From Bdellovibrionales bacterium (GTDB lineage: Bacteria > Bdellovibrionota > UBA1018): DNA of 64,000 bases. The position numbers were made by a program, and so were the translations under genes. Location of the stretch: positions 795,137 through 859,136 of the forward strand of contig JAFEAP010000029.1 in NCBI GenBank assembly GCA_018266355.1, read 5' to 3'. Positions 53,416-61,023 of this stretch are shown here, one piece after another; the stretch's first letter is position 1; the number at the start of each line of letters is the position of its first letter. The notes under the pieces were generated by a model. The model was given only the letters and a program-made list of their open reading frames with translations. It was not told the origin of the DNA and ran no database searches.

Positions 53416-54633
53416 TCAGACTCGATCGCGTTTACACTGGAGGCTCTCCTGCCAGGATTCGCCGTGCGGATTGGCGAAGTCCGCCTTCATGAAGCGGAGG
53501 AGGAGGTTCATGTCGCGGGCGCCGTCGAAGAAGACGCCGAATTCGCGGTTCGAGCTGACGGAGAGGGACGAGCCGTTCGTCGAGCCGACCCACGCGGTCT
53601 GGTCGTCGACGACGATCGCCTTCGCGTGGAGGTAGCCCGGCCGGTTCCCGACGCGCATCTCCGAAGTGAACGCGCGGATCTTCGCTCCCGCTTCCTCGAA
53701 CGTCTTGTAGGTTTGGGTCCACTTCGCGGCGTCGCTTTCCCGCGGGGTGCCGAAGGCGCAGGCGCTCGCGACGTTCAGGTAAAGCTGCACGCCCCGCTTC
53801 GCGGCGGCGAGGAGCTCGGCGTTGATCGTCGGTTCCTTCAGGTATTGTTCCTGGAGGCGGATGCTTCTCTTCGCCGAACGGATGAACTGGACGAGCGGCG
53901 GAAGCGAGAACGGGCTCACCGTGAGGTCCCGTGCGCCCGCGCGTCCGAGGAGCGCCTTCAAATTATAGGGCTTGCCGCGGAGGTCTTGTTCGAAAATCTG
54001 ACCGAGGATCTGGATCGCCGGCGCGTAGTGGATGATGTAGTCGTAGTCGCGATTGCAGCGCTCCGGGTTTTCCTTCGCGTTGCAGAGGTTCGTCGAATCG
54101 AAGTTGCCGGTGCTGAGGAGCGCGGCCTTGCCGTCGACGATGATCATCTTGCCGTGTTCGACGCAGCCCGGGGTCGCGCCTCCGGAACCGGCGCCGCAGA
54201 GGATTTTGTTGAACGGGACGTAGGTGCCGCCGGCCTTGAGGACCTGATTGCGGAACGCCTTGAGTTCGGCGCAAGCGAGGTCGTCCGGGGAGCCCGGTTC
54301 GTCGGGGGCGGCCGACGGGTTCGGCGCCGAGCCGATGCCGAAGATTTTGCAGGAGGAGCCGACCGGCGTCGGTTCCTGGATGATGCGGACTTTCACGCGG
54401 TCCGCGAGCGCGTTCAGGATCGCCTTACGAACGACGGGGTCCCCCATCGTGTAGATTTCGATGTCGATCGAATGCTGGGCGGAATCGAGGAGCGCGACGA
54501 TCGGCGCTCCCGTCGAATTCTCGTAAAGCCCGGCTGGAGGAGTCGGTGCCGAAAGCGCCGTTCCCGCCGCAAACGACGCAAAAAGACTAAGGACGAAAAG
54601 CCGGACGCTCGCACTCCGAAGCTGAACCTTCAT
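53416..54633 (-). CDS. exported phospholipase D-family protein (two HKD motifs)
   Basis: 405 aa. Signal peptide VRLFVLSLFASFAAGTALSA. HKD motifs 'HGKMIIVDGKAALLSTGNFD' and 'HAKAIVVDDQTAWVGSTNGS'. Confidence 0.85.
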   Translation of the reverse strand: MKVQLRSASVRLFVLSLFASFAAGTALSAPTPPAGLYENSTGAPIVALLDSAQHSIDIEIYTMGDPVVRKAILNALADRVKVRIIQEPTPVGSSCKIFGIGSAPNPSAAPDEPGSPDDLACAELKAFRNQVLKAGGTYVPFNKILCGAGSGGATPGCVEHGKMIIVDGKAALLSTGNFDSTNLCNAKENPERCNRDYDYIIHYAPAIQILGQIFEQDLRGKPYNLKALLGRAGARDLTVSPFSLPPLVQFIRSAKRSIRLQEQYLKEPTINAELLAAAKRGVQLYLNVASACAFGTPRESDAAKWTQTYKTFEEAGAKIRAFTSEMRVGNRPGYLHAKAIVVDDQTAWVGSTNGSSLSVSSNREFGVFFDGARDMNLLLRFMKADFANPHGESWQESLQCKRDRV

Positions 54634-54832
54634 GGTAAGTTTTCCCCCAGGCCTGAAGCGTGATCGGTTTTTGACGGGAAGACAACGTCGCGTTTGTCAG
54701 GAAAGCGTTGGTGATTTGACGCTTTCGCTTCTTTTCCTCGTAAAAGAGCGCCAAAGCCGCATTAGGCGGTCCTCGCATCGAAAGAATCTAATTGTCGCAT
54801 CGAAAAAGTCGATGACGCGCTGAGCGTCTTGA

Positions 54833-55516
54833 TCAGCGGACTGAGCGATAACGACGGAGGCGGCGCTTCAAATCCGCGATCCGCTGGTTGAACACCGGCG
54901 ATTTCTTGAGCGCGGCGAAGAGCTGATCGCCGAGTTTGCGGCCCATTTCGACGTCGAGCGGGTGGTGAACGCCGCCGATGACGCGATCGGTTCCGACTTC
55001 GTCGCCGCGGTCGAGGAGCGCGTTTTTCCGGTCCGGAAAGATCAATCCGAAGGAAAGCGCGGTGACCCGGCCGAGGGTCGAATGGCCGCTTGGATAGGAG
55101 AATCCAGTGACCTTCGGAACGCAGATCTGGACGCGGGAATCGCGCTGGAACGGGCGCGGGCGGGCCCAGTGTTTCTTGATCGGCGAGATGAATTCGCCGG
55201 CGTCGTTCATGATGTCATCGTAGAGCGATTTCACCGCCGTGATCTCGGCGTCGCTCATCACCCGGTGGGACATTCCGTAGAAACTCTTCAAGGAGGCCCC
55301 GGCCTCGTCGGTCGCGCGAGCGCAGTCCTGTTTCGTGCGGTCGTGCTGCCAGCGGAGGACGCCGTCGATATCCTTCGCGTCCGCGGCCGATCCTTCACGC
55401 GGCGGAGCCGGGAAGTGGCGCGTATCGATGTCGTTCGGCCGCAGGAAGATCAGGTCCGCCTGGGCGGCCGGCGCGAGGAGAAGGAAGAGCAATCCGATTT
55501 GCTGGAGTTTTTTCAT
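54833..55516 (-). CDS. exported PAP2-family (class A) acid phosphatase
   Basis: ATG 55516 (MKKLQQIGLLFLLLAPAAQA). PAP2 motifs 'KKHWARPRP', 'PSGHS', 'GTDRVIGGVHHPLD'. Confidence 0.85.
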   Translation of the reverse strand: MKKLQQIGLLFLLLAPAAQADLIFLRPNDIDTRHFPAPPREGSAADAKDIDGVLRWQHDRTKQDCARATDEAGASLKSFYGMSHRVMSDAEITAVKSLYDDIMNDAGEFISPIKKHWARPRPFQRDSRVQICVPKVTGFSYPSGHSTLGRVTALSFGLIFPDRKNALLDRGDEVGTDRVIGGVHHPLDVEMGRKLGDQLFAALKKSPVFNQRIADLKRRLRRYRSVR

Positions 55517-55664
55517 GAGCGAATTCCTTTTCTGGAAAGTATCAAAGCGGCGCGCTTCCTCGATTTCAAGTTTTTTTAATCGGGGAACTTTACTCGCGAA
55601 CCGCACGGCGCGGCTTGCGGGTTCCCGACGAGTGGGAAAAGATGGCGACCGAATCGAGGAACCT

Positions 55665-56303
55665 ATGCCGATCGTCCCGAAGGAAATCGAAGAATATACC
55701 GCTCGTTACGCCACTCCGGAGTCCGCCGTCTTCACCGAACTCGTGAAGGCGACCTACGCCCGAACGGACGCGCCGATGATGCAAGTCGGGAAAATCGAGG
55801 GCGCTTTTCTCCGCCTGCTCGCTTCGGCCCTCCGCGCGAAACGCGTGCTCGAAGTGGGGACCTTCACCGGTTACAGCGCGCTCTGCTTCGCCGAGGCTTT
55901 GCCGGACGACGGAAAGGTGGTCACGTGCGACATCGATCCGAAAAATACGATGATCGCGCGGGAGTATTGGGAAAAGAGCCCGCACGGCAAAAAAATCGAG
56001 CTTAAACTCGGTCCGGCCTCCGAAACGATTCCGGCGCTCGCGGGCGAATTCGACCTCGCGTTCATCGACGCGGATAAGGAGAATTACCCCGTGTATTGGG
56101 ACCTCATCGCGCCGAAGATCCGGCCCGGCGGGATCGTCGTGATCGATAACGTCCTCTGGGGCGGCTCGGTCCTCGACGCGAAACCCGACGCGGAAACGCG
56201 CGCGATCATCGCCGCCTCGAAGAAAGCGGCCGAAGATCCGCGGTTCCTCACGACGATGCTCAGCGTGCGGGACGGCATGCTGCTCGCTTGGAAGAAGGTC
56301 TGA
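55665..56303 (+). CDS. class I SAM-dependent O-methyltransferase (caffeoyl-CoA OMT-like)
   Basis: ATG 55665 (MPIVPKEIEEYT...). 'VLEVGTFTGYSALCFA', 'AFIDADKENY', 'GGIVVIDNVLWGG'. Confidence 0.85.
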   Translation: MPIVPKEIEEYTARYATPESAVFTELVKATYARTDAPMMQVGKIEGAFLRLLASALRAKRVLEVGTFTGYSALCFAEALPDDGKVVTCDIDPKNTMIAREYWEKSPHGKKIELKLGPASETIPALAGEFDLAFIDADKENYPVYWDLIAPKIRPGGIVVIDNVLWGGSVLDAKPDAETRAIIAASKKAAEDPRFLTTMLSVRDGMLLAWKKV

Positions 56304-56315
56304 CGCCGAGGCCGG

Positions 56316-56861
56316 TCAACTCGGGACTGAGTGACGGACGAGATCGACGGTTTCGGAGAATTCGCCCGTGGTGATCGAGAGCGAACCGTCGGCGAAGAGG
56401 ACGGTCCACGTATTGTCGCGCGCGAGGGTTTCCGCGAGGCGATCGAGGAACTTCGGCGGCAGCGAGAAGATCTCGATGCGGTCGGAGCGGTGGACGTCGT
56501 TCGCCGCGAGGTCGGCGACGAGGAGTTCGGGATCCTTGTACGTGTAGACGCGAACCACGGGTGAAGATTTCGCCGCGCGGTGGAGTTTTTTCGCGCTCGG
56601 GTTTCCGATCTCGATCCAAACACGGTGGGCCGCGCCGCCGTCGGTGGCTTGGAGCGCGGGCTGATCGGGATCGCTCAGTCCCCCCGGCGAGAAGTCGAGC
56701 CCGTCCTGGGCGTTCAACGCGTAAGCGATCACGCGCGTCAGGAGATAGGTCGTCGTCTCGGACGGGTGTTGGGCCGCGCGGAAATCGAGCGCTTCGTAGA
56801 CCCCGCGGTCGACGTCGGACAGATCGATGCGGAAACGGTAGAGGGTCGACGCGAGCGCCAT
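56316..56861 (-). CDS. yaeQ: YaeQ-family protein
   Basis: 181 aa. 'STLYRFRIDLSDVDRGVYEALDFRAAQHPSET..YLLTRVIAYAL' is the YaeQ pattern. Confidence 0.85.
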   Translation of the reverse strand: MALASTLYRFRIDLSDVDRGVYEALDFRAAQHPSETTTYLLTRVIAYALNAQDGLDFSPGGLSDPDQPALQATDGGAAHRVWIEIGNPSAKKLHRAAKSSPVVRVYTYKDPELLVADLAANDVHRSDRIEIFSLPPKFLDRLAETLARDNTWTVLFADGSLSITTGEFSETVDLVRHSVPS

Positions 56862-56862
56862 A

Positions 56863-57471
56863 TCAGGGCGCGCTCGGCGAGGGCGTCGGCGACGCGCAGG
56901 CCGGGTCGATCTGACCGAACGAAGGGTTGCGCTTGAACCGGTATTCCATCTCGAGCACGCCGCGCTTTTTACCGAAGTAGTAGGGGATCTTCGCGGTGAT
57001 CGCGAGCGTCTTCGTCTTACCGTCGAAGATCCGGTCGACGATGTTCGGCGGAAGCTTCGGGAGTTCCGGCTCGACGAGTCCCGCCGGATAGTCCTGTCTC
57101 ACCCAGCCGCCGCGCGAAGCGTGGCCGGCTTCGTCGTAAACCGGATTCTCGGGATAGTGGTATTCGTAGCGCTCGCCGTTCACGAGCTTCATTCCCGGGA
57201 GTTCGTCCTTCGTCGTCGGCGCGTCGGGAAGGAGCGCGCGGTAACCCGTGCGCTCGGCGGCGCCTTTTTCCGGAACGTACGTCACGAACGGAGTCGCCGT
57301 CGGATTTTTCAGCCAGACGCGGTCGAAGATTTCCACGCCGGCCGGCACCGTCTTCTCGCGAATCGTGCGCGTCCAGATGACTTTTTTCATGTCGGGACCG
57401 CCGCACTTCGGAGCGGCGAAGGCGTCGGCGGCGCCGACTGCCAGGAGCAGGGCGAGGAGGAAAAGAGGCAT
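56863..57471 (-). CDS. exported hypothetical protein
   Basis: 202 aa. Signal peptide MPLFLLALLLAVGAADAFA. No family recognised. Confidence 0.65.
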   Translation of the reverse strand: MPLFLLALLLAVGAADAFAAPKCGGPDMKKVIWTRTIREKTVPAGVEIFDRVWLKNPTATPFVTYVPEKGAAERTGYRALLPDAPTTKDELPGMKLVNGERYEYHYPENPVYDEAGHASRGGWVRQDYPAGLVEPELPKLPPNIVDRIFDGKTKTLAITAKIPYYFGKKRGVLEMEYRFKRNPSFGQIDPACASPTPSPSAP

Positions 57472-57490
57472 GCTCCTTAAATATCACACT

Positions 57491-57934
57491 TTAATTCGGA
57501 TGCGCGGCGGGTTCGGGCGGCGGCGGCGTGAGCGTCGTCGGCGCGACCGCGGCCGACGCGCGCGGCCGGTAGATGCGCGATTCGACGAGCGCGAAAAGCG
57601 CGCTCAGTTCCGGCGGTTTCGGCAAACGGGGGATTTCCTTCGGGAGTCGATCGAGCATCATTCCGGCCGAGAGGACGATCACGGGGATGTCGTAGATGGC
57701 CGGATCCGCGCGCTGGGCGTCGAGGAACCCGTACCCGTCGAGCACGGGCATCATGATGTCGAGGAGGATGAGGTTCGGTTGGTAGACGCGGGCCATGTCG
57801 AGCCCCTCCTGGCCGTTTTTCGCGACGATGACGCGGAAACCGTCGGCCGTGAAGATCGCGTCGAGGCTCGAGCAGATGTCGGGGTCGTCATCGACGACGA
57901 GAATGAGTTTCGTGCCGGGAGAAGAGGCCGTCAT
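57491..57934 (-). CDS. single-domain response regulator (CheY-like receiver)
   Basis: Start is probably ATG 57934 (MTASSPGTKLILVVDDDP); the ORF track gives 57952. Acidic pair DDD, acceptor 'LILLDIMMP', 'VIVLSA' and 'LPKP' are all present. Confidence 0.85.
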   Translation of the reverse strand: MTASSPGTKLILVVDDDPDICSSLDAIFTADGFRVIVAKNGQEGLDMARVYQPNLILLDIMMPVLDGYGFLDAQRADPAIYDIPVIVLSAGMMLDRLPKEIPRLPKPPELSALFALVESRIYRPRASAAVAPTTLTPPPPEPAAHPN

Positions 57935-58154
57935 GAGTGATAGAGTTTGCAACCTTCGAGCCTCTTCCCGCGGGGCAAGCTTCCGCTAAATCGGCCGGGT
58001 TTTCTCGTCAATTTCTTGGCATTTTGGGACGTTCGCGAAGCGCTTCATTAGGATTTGCTTCGATCCTGGCTTTTCCTTTCAGAATCCCGGGGCCTGACCG
58101 AAAAAAATGGAAGACCCGCGCGTTCCGTCTACCCCTTTGTTTAGAGGCAAATCG

Positions 58155-60752
58155 ATGAATCGGTTCACGAAACCTTTCGTTCTCTTCCTTTCCCTCACAC
58201 TCGCCGCCCCGAGCTTCGTCTTCGCCGGCGGTCCGAAAGACGGGCAGCCGCCGCCGTGGATGTACAATCCGGGTCCGCAGCGCGGCACCGAGATGGGAGA
58301 CAAGATCATCAAGATCTACGCGACCCTTCCGCAGTACATGCGGATGTCGAGCGCGCTCATGGAACAGCAGAAGTTCCGCTACATCTTCGGGATGATGCTC
58401 GCGCGTACGCGCTTTGAGAAGAACTCGATGAAGGTCTTCTTCATCGGTCAGGACGCGACCCACATCGCGGAAGCCGCGAAATTCCCGGGTACGTCGGGCT
58501 TCGGGGCCCGCCTGCAAAGCATCGCGCGATGGCTCGGCGTGAACCTCGGCGCCGGCAGCTCGAACGAATTCGCCTCGACGATCAAGGGCCAGTACGGCGC
58601 GTTCGACCACCCGGTCGTCGCGATCGGCGCGGGCGGAAAACCCGAAGTCATCCATATGCCCTACGTCGACAACGAACTCTGGAACCTCGCGAACGGACGG
58701 AAGAGTTCCGTGCTCCTCAAGCGCGAGGAATTCTGGGAGTGGCTCATCAAGAACAACCCCGATTCGCTCAGCCTCATGGTTCTCTTCGGCGGCGCCTCGC
58801 GCGACGGATTCGGGGAATTCCTGAAGGCTCGGGGCTTCGACGTGAAAACGCGCGTCGATCCGGAACGCCTGAAGGCGCTGCAGGTCCCGGAGACGAAGCT
58901 CGTGAACGCCGGCGGCAACAACGAGTTCGCGGTGCCGATCGACAAGAACGGCAACGACGTCTACGACATCCTGCTGAAAAAGAACAATCCCGACTACCAG
59001 AAATTCCTGCGCAAGGGGCGTCTCGACTATTCGAACCCGAAGGTCCAACAAGCCGCGATCAAGGCGCTCGAGGACGCGGGTCAGGAAGGCGTCGACCTGC
59101 TCGTGTTCACGGGCGGCGGGATCAACGGCAGCGGCGTGATGAACGCCGCCCAGCTCGGCGGATACGACTTGAACCAGGTCTACTATAAGGGCGAGCGCGT
59201 GAATTCGCTCTACGGCCTCCGTCTTTCCGACGGGACGGTGATCGAACGCGACATCGCGTTCGTCCAATCCGCCCACCCGAGCGCCCTCAGTCGCCTCACT
59301 CCGGACCAAGCCTCGGACGCGCTCGAAAAGTCCTTCGCTCCGCTGCGGAAGCTCCAGAAGGAAAAAAATTGGAAGATCGAGCCGGATATCGATTACGACG
59401 GAAAGGCCCTCGACAGCGGCTTCCTCGAAGGAAAACGCTACGAGTACGGGCGCGCGGACATTGATCCGGCTTATTTCGAATTCGGCGCCCCGAAGGACCG
59501 CCGGGTCTCGAAGGCGGACGCCGTTCGCCTCGATCCGCAGTCGATCTTGGCCGGCTCGCGGGATAAGGACGCGCTTCCGGACCCGGATCAGCTGAAGAAG
59601 GTGAAGGCGAGCAAGCCCGCCGATCCGAAGAACCCGAACGACGTCTGGTCGAACCACCCGAGTCAGCCGGATTCGATGGCGATCTTCGACGACGGTCCGG
59701 GCGTGGAGAACGCGAAGCTGATGTGGAACAACCTCGACGAGGACGCGCTCTTCGCGCCGAAACCGGGAATGCAGGTTTTCGACAAGAACGGGAACGACAT
59801 CACGTTCGAAACCCACGGGATCAAGGCCTACTACACGAAGACGAGCCCGAGCACGGGCGCGTTCGGCTTCCACCGCGGGAACTTCGATACGTCGAAGGTA
59901 CTCATCCTCGCCGATCCTTCGGGCATCGACGAGTGGAACACCTCGCGCGCGATGACCGGCGAGCGCGGTCAGTACCTGAACGGGCTCATGCGCGATCTCG
60001 GTTACGGCGACCAATACCTTACCCTCCGCACGGTGCCGGTGGGGATGGACGGCGCGACCGCGGACGAATGGGAATACGTGCGAAAGGTCACCGAGAAGTA
60101 CCGCGATGCGGTCATCCAACGTGCGCTTCAGAACCCGAACATCGAGATGATCTTCACCGACGGCGAGATCGCGAAAGCGGAAATGCAACGCGTGCTCGAC
60201 AAGCTCGGAGTGAAGGGGAAGACGGTCGTGAACATCCGCCGGGACGAGAAGAACCTCGCCGCGGGGATCGTCGAGGCCGGGAAAGAAGCGCAGTCGAAGC
60301 TTTCGAAGCTGGCCGGTAAGAAGGTCACCGGCCGGATGGCGGACATCCCGACTTCGCACTTCGCGTGGAACGCGCGGGCTTGGGAAGGCGCGGGCGGCGA
60401 TCACGTCCTCGACGTCGTCGGCAAGAGCTCGGGTTCCGTGCACGTGCTCGTGACTCCGGATTGGGTCGCGGATCAGCCCGTGAAGGCCACCGCCGAAACG
60501 GAAGCTTCGATCAAGGCGATTACCGACGATATGGACATTGCGGGAGTGCGGATCGACGGGCGCGAGAAGGTCGATGGGTTCCTCAAGCGGAAGAACTTCT
60601 CCGGAAACTTCGCCGAGATGGAGGCCCATCGTCTGAGGCAGTTCGGCTTCACGAAGGCCGACCAAATGAAGGTCGTGAAACTCTTCTGCACGAAGAACAT
60701 GAAGAAGGCGGGCGCCGAAGGAAAAGCGGAGCTCGGCGTGATGGGCGAGTAA
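58155..60752 (+). CDS. exported large protein with two UDG-superfamily-like modules (hypothetical)
   Basis: ATG 58155 (MNRFTKPFVLFLSLTLAAPSFVFA, signal peptide). See findings for the motif alignment. The equally long antisense ORF 58008..60665 is Arg-rich and rejected. Confidence 0.8.
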   Translation: MNRFTKPFVLFLSLTLAAPSFVFAGGPKDGQPPPWMYNPGPQRGTEMGDKIIKIYATLPQYMRMSSALMEQQKFRYIFGMMLARTRFEKNSMKVFFIGQDATHIAEAAKFPGTSGFGARLQSIARWLGVNLGAGSSNEFASTIKGQYGAFDHPVVAIGAGGKPEVIHMPYVDNELWNLANGRKSSVLLKREEFWEWLIKNNPDSLSLMVLFGGASRDGFGEFLKARGFDVKTRVDPERLKALQVPETKLVNAGGNNEFAVPIDKNGNDVYDILLKKNNPDYQKFLRKGRLDYSNPKVQQAAIKALEDAGQEGVDLLVFTGGGINGSGVMNAAQLGGYDLNQVYYKGERVNSLYGLRLSDGTVIERDIAFVQSAHPSALSRLTPDQASDALEKSFAPLRKLQKEKNWKIEPDIDYDGKALDSGFLEGKRYEYGRADIDPAYFEFGAPKDRRVSKADAVRLDPQSILAGSRDKDALPDPDQLKKVKASKPADPKNPNDVWSNHPSQPDSMAIFDDGPGVENAKLMWNNLDEDALFAPKPGMQVFDKNGNDITFETHGIKAYYTKTSPSTGAFGFHRGNFDTSKVLILADPSGIDEWNTSRAMTGERGQYLNGLMRDLGYGDQYLTLRTVPVGMDGATADEWEYVRKVTEKYRDAVIQRALQNPNIEMIFTDGEIAKAEMQRVLDKLGVKGKTVVNIRRDEKNLAAGIVEAGKEAQSKLSKLAGKKVTGRMADIPTSHFAWNARAWEGAGGDHVLDVVGKSSGSVHVLVTPDWVADQPVKATAETEASIKAITDDMDIAGVRIDGREKVDGFLKRKNFSGNFAEMEAHRLRQFGFTKADQMKVVKLFCTKNMKKAGAEGKAELGVMGE

Positions 60753-61023
60753 GCGGCCCGTTCCGAGAACTCTTCGTTCACGAGGCCGAAATCGGCTGGT
60801 TTTCGCGTGTGTAAATAATCGCCCCGCGACTTTGACTTTCCGCGGAAAGGGCTGTTAGCCTGGGTTCCTCGCTCTCTTTGGAGCGGGGCACCCGGGCGAC
60901 GTCCTTTGATCGCGGTATCGAAAGCGACGTCCGGAGCGGCGACAAAAGGTCGACGCTCGATTCCGATGCTCCGATGCGAGACTCGCCGGCAGTTCGCAAC
61001 CTTTCGACGATCGGATCACGCAG

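Noticed and set aside
54800-54835. Small hairpins (GACGC-TCAGC-GCGTC and ATCGA-CTTTTT-TCGAT on the minus strand) just downstream of the PAP2 gene
   Set aside because: These are 5-bp stems only. They are plausible as a weak terminator but not convincing.
57957-57972. Possible minus-strand sigma-54 promoter AGGCTCGAAGGTTGCA upstream of the receiver gene
   Set aside because: The GG-N10-GC geometry and TTGCA are fine. However, the -24 element is poor (AGGCTC versus TGGCAC) and it lies only about 12-25 nt from the candidate start codons. A chance match in GC-rich DNA is likely.
58008-60665. 885-aa minus-strand ORF, as long as the plus-strand gene it overlaps
   Set aside because: Its composition is dominated by Arg/Asp/Glu/Val/Gly/Pro (for example 'RERGLVRSEATEGARVGGLDERDVAFDHRPVG') and it has no recognisable motifs. 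The plus-strand frame has normal Lys/Asn/Tyr/Phe content, a signal peptide and GC3-rich codons. This is a typical antisense shadow ORF of a high-GC gene.
60783-60812. Hairpin AGGCCGAAATCGGCT followed by GGTTTTCG after the UDG-like gene
   Set aside because: The stem is short and bulged and the U-tract is weak. It may be a terminator, but I am not confident enough to list it.
60896-60932. Direct 9-mer GCGACGTCC repeated 28 nt apart (plus GGAGCGG repeats) in the 271-bp leader of the kinase-like gene
   Set aside because: These are short GC-rich words with no consistent secondary structure or known motif. They could be regulator sites, but the evidence is too thin to call a feature.
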